The position numbers and the translations under genes were made by a program. Positions 1-10,458 of a stretch of DNA of 57,020 bases are shown here, piece after piece. Below the pieces are notes generated by a model. It searched no databases. It worked only from the letters and a program-made list of their open reading frames with translations, and was not told the DNA's origin. Position 1 is the first letter of the stretch; each line of letters opens with the position of its first letter. Origin of the DNA: a virus (Duplodnaviria; Caudoviricetes); IMG/VR virus record IMGVR_UViG_3300032018_000006, positions 1-57,020 of that record. One strand, given 5' to 3'.

Positions 1-144
1 AGCCCGACAACCGCGACCAGAACACGTCAGTAACCGTGTCGTTTTTGGCGGCTATCAATCCTTTTTTACCATCAGAGGCCGGATCGATCCAGAAAATTAT
101 TCCGCCCTGGTATTCTTCGCCAATTTGATGCACGGTTGACGTTT
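1..144. repeat. Terminal direct repeat, copy 1 (circular overlap)
   Basis: Identical to 56877-57020 except G127 vs T57003. Confidence 0.97.
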
Positions 145-2206
145 CGGTAACGTCAATTGAAATATCAATGTGTTTTGTTCCTGAATAAGGATCAACAGTC
201 GATTCGATATCGATAGTAGTATTTCCGGCATCAACTGAAGCGGTTGGAGTCCATTCGTCGCCTGTTTTCTCATCATACACCTTAACTACGGTTATGCCTT
301 TCGGAACAAGCGCTCCGGCCTCGATATAAGCCGATGAAACAAACAGCTCCAATTCAGTTAAAGTTGGCTGTGCCGGTACAGCTCCGGGAGCTCCTGTTTT
401 TATCTTCAGGTTTCCGTTTGAGTCCAGATAAAAAACGTCGATCCGGTCATACACCGGGTCCGAATCTTCAAGTGTTAATGTCGTTGGGTCAGCCGTGTAA
501 GAAATACCCAGTATTTTGTATTTCATTTCGGTTGACTCGTAAGTCAAGCCCGATTTCCAGACGATAGTTCCAGAAATAAGCTTTGAATTGCTGTCCGTCA
601 CCGATCCGCCTAAAACGATCTTCAGGTAATTCAATAAATCGTTGTACGACATGTAATACATATTCGCCAAATACTTATCGATATCTGTAACGTCAATGCC
701 CATGGCAATGAGTTGGTTTCTCAATTCTGTGAGCTGTTGCACCGTTAGTGAGGCTGTGTAGGAATTCAGCTTGGCCAGCGTGGTAGAAAAGCTTGCTTTT
801 ACCAGGGCATTGCTCAAATCGAGCGTAATGTCATACCGATTGTTCACCATATCCTTAATGCTCCGGATGCGGATCAGCACCCCACCCAGTTCAGGATCGG
901 TCAACGAACAATAACCACCAAGTTTGATTTTTCCTGAAACAGTAGCCCAGTTGTCTTTTAACCAGATAGCCGATAGCGGACCGGCATAACTGTAATTTTC
1001 CTCTTCATGCTCGTACATATATTCAACCGCCTCGCGAAACATGTCCCAGCTTGCTCCTGTTTTCGTTGCATTGTCGCAGATATACGCATCAGGCAATGAA
1101 CTGCCATACACCACAAAGGTATCTCCTGCCACCGGGAGATAAACACCACCAGGCATATAATAACCATCTATTTCTTTCGGAACAATCTCGAATAACCTTC
1201 CTTCGTGGGTGTATTTTACGTCAAACTCTTTCCCTGTAAGCATCCCGGTTTGATAAACAATAGTCATCGATTGCCCGGCAATCAAATTTTCTTCAAAGTT
1301 CAGGGCTTCGGGTATCGTGCTATCAGTGACGTTGTATAAGTTCGTTTCTGCATTAATTGGTTCAACTGAAGTAACAATACAAACACGGCTCGGGTAAATA
1401 GTCGAAGCATCCAAACTATCCTCCTGCCCGGTTTCAATCGCTTTATCTCCACGCTGGATGTAAAGTCCTCCGGCATCAGTCGTGTAGGTATGACCATTGT
1501 AAACAAGCGTTTGAGATTTGGGTAGTAACAGGTACCTGGAGCCATAGCTCGAATAATCAATATTCCGGGTTCCACCCTGAACCATCAACCGTTCAACCGG
1601 ACGGCTTTTTTCGTCGTTTTTACGCTCAATTCCTGGCTTTAGCCCGTTACCTTGACCGTACGACAATTCAAGCGGAGTTTCTTTGTTGTATTCGGTTTTT
1701 CGAACATTGATGACCTTTGCTGAAGTAATCTCGAATTCGGTTTCAGCTTCGCTGCAAATCATGGCCAAAGCTTCCATGCAGTTGTTATGATTGTAATTCA
1801 AAACAATCTCGCTTGAATCAATCACATCGCCAACGGTCCAACCTGCATCCTTTGCATTCAGTACATTGACAATCATCTGAACATGTTCAGCCGGTTTTGC
1901 TGTCAGGGAGAAGATATACCCACCACCGGCAAAATCGTAAAACTTGAACCGGGTTAATTTCTCACCAACTGCATGAAGGATGAGAATATATTCATAATCT
2001 CGGGATCCATTCTTCTTGAAATTTTGTTTTGACATCAACGTAAATCGCTCCCCGTCAAAATCGCAATAAGCCCCGACCGGAATTTCCTCAAACACCGGTT
2101 TAGCAAAATAAATAGTCAGCGCATTTTCGCCCATAATCGTCCTGTTCCTGTAGCTGTTGTCTTCAGGAGATATGATATGGTCGGTTCCGTTATAATGAAG
2201 TATCAT
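1..2206 (-). CDS. Large tail/baseplate-hub protein, N-terminal part; continues across the circular junction to 55867 (about 1071 aa in total)
   Basis: ATG at 2206 reads MILHYNGTDHIISPEDNSYRNRTIMGENALTIYF. Same frame as ORF 55867-57009 through the terminal repeat; lies after the distal-tail gene. Absent from the ORF track, consistent with running off the window edge. Only the two ends were translated by hand. Confidence 0.85.
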   Translation of the reverse strand, partial: MILHYNGTDHIISPEDNSYRNRTIMGENALTIYFAKPVFEEIPVGAYCDFDGERFTLMSKQNFKKNGSRDYEYILILHAVGEKLTRFKFYDFAGGGYIFSLTAKPAEHVQMIVNVLNAKDAGWTVGDVIDSSEIVLNYNHNNCMEALAMICSEAETEFEITSAKVINVRKTEYNKETPLELSYGQGNGLKPGIERKNDEKSRPVERLMVQGGTRNIDYSSYGSRYLLLPKSQTLVYNGHTYTTDAGGLYIQRGDKAIETGQEDSLDASTIYPSRVCIVTSVEPINAETNLYNVTDSTIPEALNFEENLIAGQSMTIVYQTGMLTGKEFDVKYTHEGRLFEIVPKEIDGYYMPGGVYLPVAGDTFVVYGSSLPDAYICDNATKTGASWDMFREAVEYMYEHEEENYSYAGPLSAIWLKDNWATVSGKIKLGGYCSLTDPELGGVLIRIRSIKDMVNNRYDITLDLSNALVKASFSTTLAKLNSYTASLTVQQLTELRNQLIAMGIDVTDIDKYLANMYYMSYNDLLNYLKIVLGGSVTDSNSKLISGTIVWKSGLTYESTEMKYKILGISYTADPTTLTLEDSDPVYDRIDVFYLDSNGNLKIKTGAPGAVPAQPTLTELELFVSSAYIEAGALVPKGITVVKVYDEKTGDEWTPTASVDAGNTTIDIESTVDPYSGTKHIDISIDVTETSTVHQIGEEYQGGIIFWIDPASDGKKGLIAAKNDTVTDVFWSRLSG

Positions 2207-2218
2207 TTTGCTTATTGG

Positions 2219-3058
2219 TTAAATGAATCGAAGCGTGATGGTAAACTGGCACCACACGTTGTCAGCATAAAATATAGTCACCGCTGAACTTTTATAATAA
2301 CATTGAGCCGATATCCCCGGAACCTGAAGTGTTCGTTCTCCGGATCGGGTCAAATCGAAAAGAAGTGCATGGTAATTTCTCCAGAAAACAGCCAGCGACG
2401 GCGCTCTCATCAGGCAATTGATTGCTACATCTTTGGCCTGGTACTTAACCGGGCTTAAATTGTCGTAAGATGATTGACCGGAATAGTCAAGGAGTCCTTC
2501 ATTTTTATTGAAATTCCTGAATTGTGCTGTTTTTACCGGAGCTCTTTTTGTGATCTCATCCAGTGATCCCTGTAAAACTGCACAGCCATAATCTGCCAGG
2601 CTTTTACCGTCCAGTGAATATCCGGCCTGATTGATAGTTGTTGGTACCGGAGCTAAATATTCATATCCTGATAGCGGGAAATCATCAGAAAATGTCAGGG
2701 AAAACAAAAACGGGTTTCCTTCAGCATCAACCTTTAGGTTCGGATGAGAAACAAGTCGTAAGCTAAAAGTCTTTCCTATTTCGTTAAAAACAAACGTGTG
2801 GTAGGCATTCGGTGACATTTCAGTAAAGAATCCTGTAAGATCACTATTCCTGTTCGCTGCAAACGAGATGGTAACCTGCTTGGCATCCAGAACAGGGCTA
2901 TCAAGGTCAACTTCCTCCCCGTCATGCTCTGGCCAGTCAATTGTAGTTAGCTGCTTTGTGCCTGGGAACGAAACGAGCCCGTCATATCCTCCATCGGTGA
3001 TGTAAATCCCGAAAATCCCGAACAGGTCCTTGCCGTTTATGATAGTTTTTCCGATCAT
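2219..3058 (-). CDS. Putative distal tail protein
   Basis: Directly after tape measure; two internally similar halves (INGKDLF / LDGKSLAD) and DWPEHDG motif seen in Bacteroidota phage tail genes. Confidence 0.7.
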   Translation of the reverse strand: MIGKTIINGKDLFGIFGIYITDGGYDGLVSFPGTKQLTTIDWPEHDGEEVDLDSPVLDAKQVTISFAANRNSDLTGFFTEMSPNAYHTFVFNEIGKTFSLRLVSHPNLKVDAEGNPFLFSLTFSDDFPLSGYEYLAPVPTTINQAGYSLDGKSLADYGCAVLQGSLDEITKRAPVKTAQFRNFNKNEGLLDYSGQSSYDNLSPVKYQAKDVAINCLMRAPSLAVFWRNYHALLFDLTRSGERTLQVPGISAQCYYKSSAVTIFYADNVWCQFTITLRFI

Positions 3059-6000
3059 TTGATTTTTATTCCTGAAGTTGTCATTAAGAAGTGCATATCA
3101 TTCATTCGATCTTTTACAGATGTCATGCTATTTTCGATATTTTCCAGACGTGCTGTATTGGTTTCTATACCTGCCAGATGTTTGAGCGCTCTCTCGCTAT
3201 TGCTTACTAAAATGCCGACACCCTGGCTCATACTGAAAGTATGGCCTTGAATTGCAGTAAACCGTCCGTTCAGTTCATCAACAGAATCCTGAGAGGCCTG
3301 TGCAATTCCTTTGGATGATCCGGTCCGGGTGGAAGTTCCTGAGTTAGGATCAATGCCGGCAACAGAATAAGCAGCATCTGTTTTTGTTTTTCCTAAACTG
3401 TAAATGTTTGTGTATTCAGCCTGAAGCGCTGCTCTCTCAGCTTCGGTCAAAATACCATCAGCCATAGCATCTGAGAAGTCCTGATACCACTTTGTCAATG
3501 CGGGTAATAAATCATTATTGGAAATCATGTTGACAATAGCCTTTCTCATATAATCCTCGAAATTATCTGCGACATCGCTCATGGTAGTATCAACACTGAG
3601 CAATAAGTCCTGAAGTTCGCTTTTTGCCGAATCAAATGAAAGATTGGTCAGCGCTTCATTGAGCGCATCTTTCATTTTTTCAATGTCAGACGTACCGTCA
3701 ATTATCGTTTGCAGATAACCTTGAGTTTGGTCATCCAGTTGTGCCCAGGCCTCTGGTAGTTTCGTTTTAATTACCTCAAGCTGTTTTGCCGATAAATCCA
3801 TGAACGATCCCGCTTCACCATCCCATGCTACGCCAAGGGCGTTGATGTCGCCAATATAAGGCTTAAGGTTTTCCCGGAGCTGATACCCGTAGCTGTGATC
3901 TCTTGCTTTTCTTGACTCAAGATAGTCATGACCCATACTTCTTGCAGCATCAACAGATTTTTGGATATTATCGAGTATCTCTTTTGACACTTCAACGGCA
4001 TCAGTTCCGCTTAAGGACGATAACAACTCCATTTGTTTATCGATCACCTGACCAATAACATTAACCAGGCTTTCATACTGCCTAATTTGCTCAGCCGATA
4101 ATTCGTGATTTTTTGAAAACGCAGTAGTAAGCTCAGCGATTCCTTTGAGGGTATCAGTAACACCACCAATAATATCTCCTGACATTAATTTCGCAACACC
4201 TGATCCGAGATCAACAGTTCCCTGAGCAACTTCTGCAACCTTTTTAGCCGCTTTTCCTATCCCTGAATCATCTTCGAATATCGTAGAAATTGAATCGCCC
4301 CATTCTTTGACCGTTGCAGCAGCTTCTTTTGCATTGTTTGTGATTGCTTTAACAGAATCGGAAATATCTTTATCATTCCCAGATTTAAAAGCGGCAAACA
4401 TGGCCTTACCGCTTTTGGCAACTGCTAAAAAAGGATTGTTGGCTTCTACCTTATTGGTAATGTCATTCAGTTTGTTTTTCCACTGAGTAAACTCTTCAAT
4501 GGACATATTTGTGAAATCGCTGATCTTTTTACCATTGGAATCAAAATTAGGCATACTGACCTGAATCATGGTCTTACCATCAACATCAACCTGTTTGGCC
4601 GAATTGAGCAGATCATCCATCTGCTTTTTGAGGTTTTCCAATGTTTTGGTACCATACTTTTCGATGTCACCAAACGCCTTTTGATAAAGTGGTGAAAGTT
4701 TCAGGGCAGTCTCCTGATTAATTTTCTGGAGTTCTTTAGCTCGTTGCTTATTAAGTTCATCAATTGCAGTAGTATCCAAAACGGATGTTGACTGTACATT
4801 TCCATCAGCATCGGTATAATTAACATTTTTTGTCTTTGCCAATTCCCTTTGCTGCGCAATCAAGTCATCGTACTTTTTATTGACTGCCCGTTTTTCTTTC
4901 TCAACATTCGATATAAAAGCTTCAGTAGATGAATCCCAGATCGCATTTTGTTTATTGGCAAGCTCTTCATCAAGCCTAAAAATGGCATTGTTCATTGATT
5001 GCCGGGCATTAACTTTCATCTGATCAAATTCATCCTGAACGTTTTCCGGAAGTGTTTTGATGTATTTGGGATTGGTACTTTCGAAACCCTCACTTTTGTT
5101 TAGTGTTTCGAGATAGTCTTTCTCTTGTTTTGCGATGGAAATAAGTTGATTCCTGTATGAATCCTCAATGGCCTTCATCTGTTTTCTTGAACCACTCTCA
5201 ATAGCCGCGGTTTTTGATTCCTCCAGAATCTGCATGATTTCAAGTTCCTTTTGAGCCAGATCTCTGAGAGCATCAAGCTTTTCTTCCTGTGTTTTAAGCT
5301 GTTTCTTTGCTTCTTTAGCCTTAACTCCTGTGAGAAATTCTTCTTTTTCCTTTAACGATTTTATAGTTTTTTCCTGTGATTCAATCTCGTCAGGTGTTTT
5401 AACCGAATCTGGAGCTCTCATTTTTTTGAGTTCAGCTTCGGCATCCTTAATTGCTTTCTGCGTATCTTCAATTTGCTTTTTAACTGTAGGCAAAATTGGA
5501 GCAGTAGGCTCAGCCTGTCCTTTTTTCGAGTCAGAAATGAATTTATTGAATGAAGTATCAATATTTTTCAATTCATCATTCATCTCACCGATCGGAAGCA
5601 ACGTCTGAGCAAAGTAGTCTTGAATTCGCCTGGCCTTGATACCTGTTACTGCATTTTTATCAATGTCAGCTAACTTTTTATAAAAGGCCAGCCATTCGGA
5701 TTCAACCTGGCTCGCAGATGTTCCGTCAATCTTAAATTTATTGATCAGATCGCTGATTATGAAGGAAACGTCTGATTTTGCTTGTCCTTCAAATTGATCG
5801 ATAAGGTTATTTTTTCCTTTTACTGATTTCTTATTATACTCATCGCTGGTGGATGAACGCATCTCATCCCGGGCTTTTAGGGCAATATGTTCGGTTATTG
5901 ACTTATTAACTTCATCATAAGCCGTTTTTATGTCACCAAGATTTTTCAGTTCCTTGTTTTGTTCCGGGATAAATTGACCGTACTGATCAATGAGCCTTTT

Positions 6001-7656
6001 CTTTGCCGATTCGTGTTCCTTTGTTCCCTCCGTGGTAAGTTTCAATGCCGAAAAAAGATCATTAACCTTGTCTTTTTCATTTTCTAACTCCACATTCATT
6101 TTAGATGTGGCTTTTTCTAGTTCAGTCTGGTAGGTTAAGTATTTGTATGTACCATATGCAATTGCTCCTAGCGCGACAGCGCCTGCAACCCAAGGATTAT
6201 TCAACATTGTGGCATTGAGAAGTTGCTGCGCTGCTGCAGATAGTTTCTTTGCCTGTGCTGCCCTTATTTCTGCACCGGTGGCCACAGTATTTGCGAGAAC
6301 TTCTTTTTGTTTTAAAGCTATTCCAGCCTCTTCTGAAATCATTTTTTGAGCATTAGCCTCTGTTACGGCCTGCGCTTCAATTCTTGAATTTACAATAGTT
6401 TCAGTTGTAAGTGCTTTTTGTTCGACTACAATGGTCTTTTGATAATTTGCCCGTGCTCGTTCAACTGCGGCAACTTCTGCAGTAACTGATATTCGTTTGC
6501 CCTGTACATGTGCCAATCGTTCTTCCGCTGCGGCTAATTCAGCAGCGGCAATTTCTGAAGCTTCCATGGCTGCAACAGTTTTAGCCATAGCAGCTTGTTT
6601 CAATTGTTCATTCGTGGCTGATTTAGCGGAAATTGCCGCCTCTTTTTCTGCCCTGGCAGTCATTGTAAGCTGTGTCTCCTTTTCAATAGCCCACTGTTCA
6701 GTAAGAGCACCTTTTTTAGCTGCAATTACTGCAAGTTCTGTTTCCTGAGATGCGCTTACAAGCATGACAGCAGCTTTGTATGCTCCATAGGTAATAGCAA
6801 GACCAGTCACAGTATCGCCTATTTCTTTATAATTAGCAATTGCGGACGTTGCCAGCGAAATGCCACCATATATCACACCCTCGTTGGCTTGACCTAATTC
6901 GTTTGCAGCAATCTGAAGTTTATCCTTTAAATTCGAAATTTGCCCGGTAACCGAAGCGTTTTGTTTCTCCATCATGTTGTAGAACTTACCACCTTCTCCG
7001 GCCATAGTCTGGAAAGCCTTAGTAACTTCATCAGCACCAATTTGAGAAGCCGAAATCATCCCCTGAATTTCAGCCTTCGTTTTTCCAAGATTCTTAGCAA
7101 GCTGATCAACAAGCGGAACACCGGCCATAGCAAAATCTCTAACTTCTCTCTCCTGAAGCCGGCCAAGTGTCATTACCTGGCCGTAGTTTATTGCCAACCG
7201 TGAAATAGGAACCGAGACACCTGAAGCAACATCACCAATGTCTTTAAGGGTTTTTAGCACTGATTCAGCCCCGACACCCATTGCCATGAGCTGTTTAGCA
7301 TTTCCAGCAACTTCGCTTAATGTGAAAGGAGATCTGGCTGCTAACTGAATTGATTTGCGCATCATTTCATCAGCTTTCTCCTTACTTCCAAGCATGGTCT
7401 CAAATGCAATTCCTAACTGCTGGAATTCGCCTCTAACCTGTATTATCTCACCACCAATTTGAGAAGCAAAGCGAAGCGATAAATAAGCACCGGCAGCCGT
7501 GGTCATTCTGTTGAATGAATTTTCAATCCTAGCACCTTGGGCAACTCCGGCATCACCAATAGAACTGAATTGCGCTTTGATTCTTGCGGCATCTGCAGCA
7601 AGCTGACTGTTATCAAGACTTACCTTAAAACCTAAACCTCCATCATTGCTTTCCAT
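3055..7656 (-). CDS. Tail tape measure protein
   Basis: 1533 aa, helical and Ala/Lys-rich; N-terminal tape-measure domain (FETMLGSKEKA...SPF); position after the chaperone. Confidence 0.95.
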   Translation of the reverse strand: MESNDGGLGFKVSLDNSQLAADAARIKAQFSSIGDAGVAQGARIENSFNRMTTAAGAYLSLRFASQIGGEIIQVRGEFQQLGIAFETMLGSKEKADEMMRKSIQLAARSPFTLSEVAGNAKQLMAMGVGAESVLKTLKDIGDVASGVSVPISRLAINYGQVMTLGRLQEREVRDFAMAGVPLVDQLAKNLGKTKAEIQGMISASQIGADEVTKAFQTMAGEGGKFYNMMEKQNASVTGQISNLKDKLQIAANELGQANEGVIYGGISLATSAIANYKEIGDTVTGLAITYGAYKAAVMLVSASQETELAVIAAKKGALTEQWAIEKETQLTMTARAEKEAAISAKSATNEQLKQAAMAKTVAAMEASEIAAAELAAAEERLAHVQGKRISVTAEVAAVERARANYQKTIVVEQKALTTETIVNSRIEAQAVTEANAQKMISEEAGIALKQKEVLANTVATGAEIRAAQAKKLSAAAQQLLNATMLNNPWVAGAVALGAIAYGTYKYLTYQTELEKATSKMNVELENEKDKVNDLFSALKLTTEGTKEHESAKKRLIDQYGQFIPEQNKELKNLGDIKTAYDEVNKSITEHIALKARDEMRSSTSDEYNKKSVKGKNNLIDQFEGQAKSDVSFIISDLINKFKIDGTSASQVESEWLAFYKKLADIDKNAVTGIKARRIQDYFAQTLLPIGEMNDELKNIDTSFNKFISDSKKGQAEPTAPILPTVKKQIEDTQKAIKDAEAELKKMRAPDSVKTPDEIESQEKTIKSLKEKEEFLTGVKAKEAKKQLKTQEEKLDALRDLAQKELEIMQILEESKTAAIESGSRKQMKAIEDSYRNQLISIAKQEKDYLETLNKSEGFESTNPKYIKTLPENVQDEFDQMKVNARQSMNNAIFRLDEELANKQNAIWDSSTEAFISNVEKEKRAVNKKYDDLIAQQRELAKTKNVNYTDADGNVQSTSVLDTTAIDELNKQRAKELQKINQETALKLSPLYQKAFGDIEKYGTKTLENLKKQMDDLLNSAKQVDVDGKTMIQVSMPNFDSNGKKISDFTNMSIEEFTQWKNKLNDITNKVEANNPFLAVAKSGKAMFAAFKSGNDKDISDSVKAITNNAKEAAATVKEWGDSISTIFEDDSGIGKAAKKVAEVAQGTVDLGSGVAKLMSGDIIGGVTDTLKGIAELTTAFSKNHELSAEQIRQYESLVNVIGQVIDKQMELLSSLSGTDAVEVSKEILDNIQKSVDAARSMGHDYLESRKARDHSYGYQLRENLKPYIGDINALGVAWDGEAGSFMDLSAKQLEVIKTKLPEAWAQLDDQTQGYLQTIIDGTSDIEKMKDALNEALTNLSFDSAKSELQDLLLSVDTTMSDVADNFEDYMRKAIVNMISNNDLLPALTKWYQDFSDAMADGILTEAERAALQAEYTNIYSLGKTKTDAAYSVAGIDPNSGTSTRTGSSKGIAQASQDSVDELNGRFTAIQGHTFSMSQGVGILVSNSERALKHLAGIETNTARLENIENSMTSVKDRMNDMHFLMTTSGIKIK

Positions 7657-7659
7657 AGT

Positions 7660-7938
7660 CTATCCGAATAATTCTTTTCTAATCTCATCCCTGTTTGCCG
7701 GGTCATCAGCATTGATCAGCTTTTTAGCCGGTTCTTTCACTTCGTCAGAGCTAAGCAGTACTGAACCGTAGAGGATTGTATTGGCATAGCTCATTTTATA
7801 AAGCACGTAATCCGGAGTCAGGTTATAACCTTTGGCCACACCTGCAACTATTGCCCAGATGCTGTCGTTTTTACCACCTCCCTGGTCGACCTGATCAGAT
7901 TTACTTCCATTAGGGAACCAGAAATGCTGAAAAAAAAA
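7660..7938 (-). CDS. Tail assembly chaperone -1 frameshift extension (gpGT-like)
   Basis: -1 frame is open from the T9 run (7930-7938) to TAG at 7660-7662 and reads ...NDSIWAIVAGVAKGYNLTPDYVLYKMSY... Confidence 0.65.
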   Translation of the reverse strand, partial: FFFQHFWFPNGSKSDQVDQGGGKNDSIWAIVAGVAKGYNLTPDYVLYKMSYANTILYGSVLLSSDEVKEPAKKLINADDPANRDEIRKELFG

Positions 7939-8342
7939 CTGAATTCCATTCCTGATAAAATCTGACCGATAATATCATTTAGTTGCTTGGGCGATATATT
8001 TGTCAGGATATATTCTGCAAGTTCGGCAACAACGTTTTTATATTTTCTGACTGGCCATACCCTGTTCCATCGAGTTTTTTTGGTGGTTGTGTTATTTGCC
8101 CCTAATATCAAAACAGCGACAATATCCCCAAAAACCTTGCAGTCTTTTGCAATGACCAAACTTTCTATCAATATGCTTTCTGGGTTCATTTCTACTGATG
8201 GCAACTGTGCGATTAATGCCGATACCTCGATAATCGTTGCGATTGTTGGAGGTGCTACCTCATATGTCCTTTCTCCGACCTGAACAGTCTGCTTTCGTTC
8301 CAGAATAGTATCTGCAACCTTACTTTCAATTGTTTTTCTCAT
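7848..8342 (-). CDS. Tail assembly chaperone (gpG-like)
   Basis: Between major tail and tape measure genes; start moved to ATG 8342 because the upstream extension overlaps a tRNA. Confidence 0.75.
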   Translation of the reverse strand: MRKTIESKVADTILERKQTVQVGERTYEVAPPTIATIIEVSALIAQLPSVEMNPESILIESLVIAKDCKVFGDIVAVLILGANNTTTKKTRWNRVWPVRKYKNVVAELAEYILTNISPKQLNDIIGQILSGMEFSFFFSISGSLMEVNLIRSTREVVKTTASGQ

Positions 8343-8365
8343 GACTGATAAAGTTTTGTTTTGAG

Positions 8366-8438
8366 AGCCTAATAACGGATTCGAACCGCTGACCAACTGA
8401 ATACAAATCAGCCGCTCTACCAACTGAGCTAATCAGGC
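8366..8438 (-). tRNA. tRNA-Thr(UGU), CCA not encoded
   Basis: Acceptor GCCTGAT/ATTAGGC; D arm GCTC-AGTTGGTA-GAGC; anticodon loop TT-TGT-AT; T arm with GGTTCGAATCC. Confidence 0.88.
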
Positions 8439-8467
8439 AAATTGCCCGGAATAGCTCCGGGCAATTT
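8439..8467. terminator. Hairpin after the major tail gene (terminator or processing site)
   Basis: AAATTGCCCGGA / TCCGGGCAATTT perfect inverted repeat abutting the tRNA 5' end. Confidence 0.6.
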
Positions 8468-8483
8468 TTAAAGATTTTTCTGA

Positions 8484-8939
8484 TTACGGAGCCTTGGTGT
8501 AAGGCTTCAGGATGTTTCCGGCAGCTGGTTTTACACCGTCGAAAGTGTATTTCCATTTCTTACCGATATCGGAACTCCAAGTTTCCACGATTGAAACGGC
8601 AGCGGCTTCCATGATCCACCCTTCGAGCGTATCATCTTCAGGTGTCAGCCTGATGGCATAGTTGGTTGTGATCAAACCATCAGCATCAGCGATAGGTTTT
8701 TCATCATCCCTTTTCACGAATACTTCACACTCAAACGAGTATTTATTCTTTTGGTACCTGGTGTCGATAACTTCTCCACCTTCTCCGAGCGCTTCAGATT
8801 TGGCTCCTTTTTCCGTGTTCAGTTGAGCAGTTTTCTCAACAATAACAGGAAATGCAACCCATACCGGCACGGCTGGAATAGCTCCATTTACATGAGCTAC
8901 AACTTCAACTAAGGGTTTTCCCCATGATAAAACTGACAT
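8484..8939 (-). CDS. Major tail tube protein
   Basis: Synteny; LSWGKP N-terminus typical of Bacteroidota siphophage tail tube proteins. Confidence 0.75.
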   Translation of the reverse strand: MSVLSWGKPLVEVVAHVNGAIPAVPVWVAFPVIVEKTAQLNTEKGAKSEALGEGGEVIDTRYQKNKYSFECEVFVKRDDEKPIADADGLITTNYAIRLTPEDDTLEGWIMEAAAVSIVETWSSDIGKKWKYTFDGVKPAAGNILKPYTKAP

Positions 8940-8949
8940 AGCTTATTTT

Positions 8950-9357
8950 TTAAAAGGTTACTAATTGAAATTTTACTTTACAATTGACAAAATGCTGGTT
9001 GAGACCATCAGCCTTGAATGTCTGAACGATTGAAGCCAGCTTAAATCTGTATTCTCCGGCTTTCAGCCCTTGAATTAGTGTGTTTGCGATTATTTCCAGA
9101 GCCTTGCACCGGGAGGTGTCCTTTACCAGAACCTTATCTCCATTGTCAATATCTGGAACATAGATATTCACGTTTAAAACACCTGTTTGGATTTGGTCAT
9201 CAAGACCGGTCAGAAACGAAACAACAACATCTTCTGTTTTAGCTCCCAGAGGTCTGGTTCCTTCCTTGTAAACAGTTCCGGCGATAGCTGTCTTTAGTGC
9301 ACTTGCTTTCACAATGGCATAAACGTCAGCTTCTATTTCTCCTCCTGTCTTTCTCAT
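8950..9357 (-). CDS. Tail terminator/completion protein
   Basis: Synteny and size; NVNIYVPDI motif. Confidence 0.65.
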   Translation of the reverse strand: MRKTGGEIEADVYAIVKASALKTAIAGTVYKEGTRPLGAKTEDVVVSFLTGLDDQIQTGVLNVNIYVPDIDNGDKVLVKDTSRCKALEIIANTLIQGLKAGEYRFKLASIVQTFKADGLNQHFVNCKVKFQLVTF

Positions 9358-9791
9358 GCTGCAAACCCTAACTTTTTCATTAATCGTGGAACTTCCTTTT
9401 CGGCCAGTAATTCGGCACTGCTCAAAACATTCAGGTTCATTGCTTCAACCTTGGCAGCATAATCCATCCCGGCAACAACAATAAGGACCAATCCGGATGT
9501 ATTTTGTATTATCAGATTTCGCAATTGCTCTTCAGCCGCTGCTCTACCTTCTGCCGTTGATCCTTGAGTAGATTCCAGTACAATTATGCCATCATCGACA
9601 ATCATATAGCCCAAAGATGCCCGTAGGTTTCCGCTTCGGTCCTGGTAGCCTTTATTTTTGTCTGCCTCAATCACGCACATTTCTCCGATGTAAGCGAGCA
9701 TTTTAATGACTTTTGCCTTTTGCTGCTCAATGAACCTTCGGATTTGATCATCCATTTCTCCGGATGTAGTTGTCAACGTGATTGGCATCAC
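9354..9791 (-). CDS. HK97 gp10-like tail completion protein
   Basis: DRSGNLRAS and MDYAAKVE motifs. Confidence 0.7.
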   Translation of the reverse strand: MMPITLTTTSGEMDDQIRRFIEQQKAKVIKMLAYIGEMCVIEADKNKGYQDRSGNLRASLGYMIVDDGIIVLESTQGSTAEGRAAAEEQLRNLIIQNTSGLVLIVVAGMDYAAKVEAMNLNVLSSAELLAEKEVPRLMKKLGFAA

Positions 9792-10108
9792 ACGGTAATT
9801 TTAATGCGGCTTGTCATCGAATAGCGGTAAATGTTTTGAGGCACTACCTGGTACTCTCCTTGCAAATAACCACCATTGTCAAAAATCCGGATAGTCGTAT
9901 GATTGAAATCGTCAAGTTCAAGGTTGATTTCGTAGGATGCCAAAACAAACTCACCGTCCTGGTACTTCATTAGCCGACCACTACTATTTGGGAATAAAAG
10001 ACAATCAATTGGATCACTCCATGCTTCAATAACTGGAATCGGATCACCTCCATCGGTTATTCCTCCGCCAGCTGTCGTTTTGTATTTAAGTGTTCCGTTA
10101 GCTCTCAT
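9788..10108 (-). CDS. Putative head closure protein
   Basis: Synteny, 106 aa, beta-rich. Confidence 0.55.
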   Translation of the reverse strand: MRANGTLKYKTTAGGGITDGGDPIPVIEAWSDPIDCLLFPNSSGRLMKYQDGEFVLASYEINLELDDFNHTTIRIFDNGGYLQGEYQVVPQNIYRYSMTSRIKITV

Positions 10109-10131
10109 CTTTTAATCCTTTGTAGTTTTGA

Positions 10132-10455
10132 TTACCACCTGCCACCAGATTTTCCTCTCGGAACTTGAATACCAAGCAAATTTGCTTTTTCCGGTTCCCC
10201 ATTGGCATTGTAAAGCTCTTTAGCTTTATTGTTATACCAGGAACGAGGATAGGTAATTGACAACTTGTTTTCCGTGAAATCAGGAAGCCCTCCGACCACC
10301 GAATACAGATCAGCAGCAGCCAAATTGGTTACAGTCATTACATCAATAGAATAATTGGCCGCCCCATTTAAGGAGCGGTCAATTAATACCTTATCGATAT
10401 AGCTTTTGCAATCAGCTAAGCCAGGGAATGTTAATATGGTTTCACGAATGGTCAT
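10132..10455 (-). CDS. Putative head-tail adaptor
   Basis: Directly after the capsid gene, 107 aa. Confidence 0.55.
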   Translation of the reverse strand: MTIRETILTFPGLADCKSYIDKVLIDRSLNGAANYSIDVMTVTNLAAADLYSVVGGLPDFTENKLSITYPRSWYNNKAKELYNANGEPEKANLLGIQVPRGKSGGRW

Positions 10456-10458
10456 CCG

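Noticed and set aside
334-1575. Short ORFs listed in the first 1.6 kb
   Set aside because: They are shadow frames of the long minus-strand tail gene starting at 2206.
8343-8423. N-terminal extension of the tail chaperone
   Set aside because: It overlaps the tRNA-Thr gene; ATG 8342 is the more plausible start.
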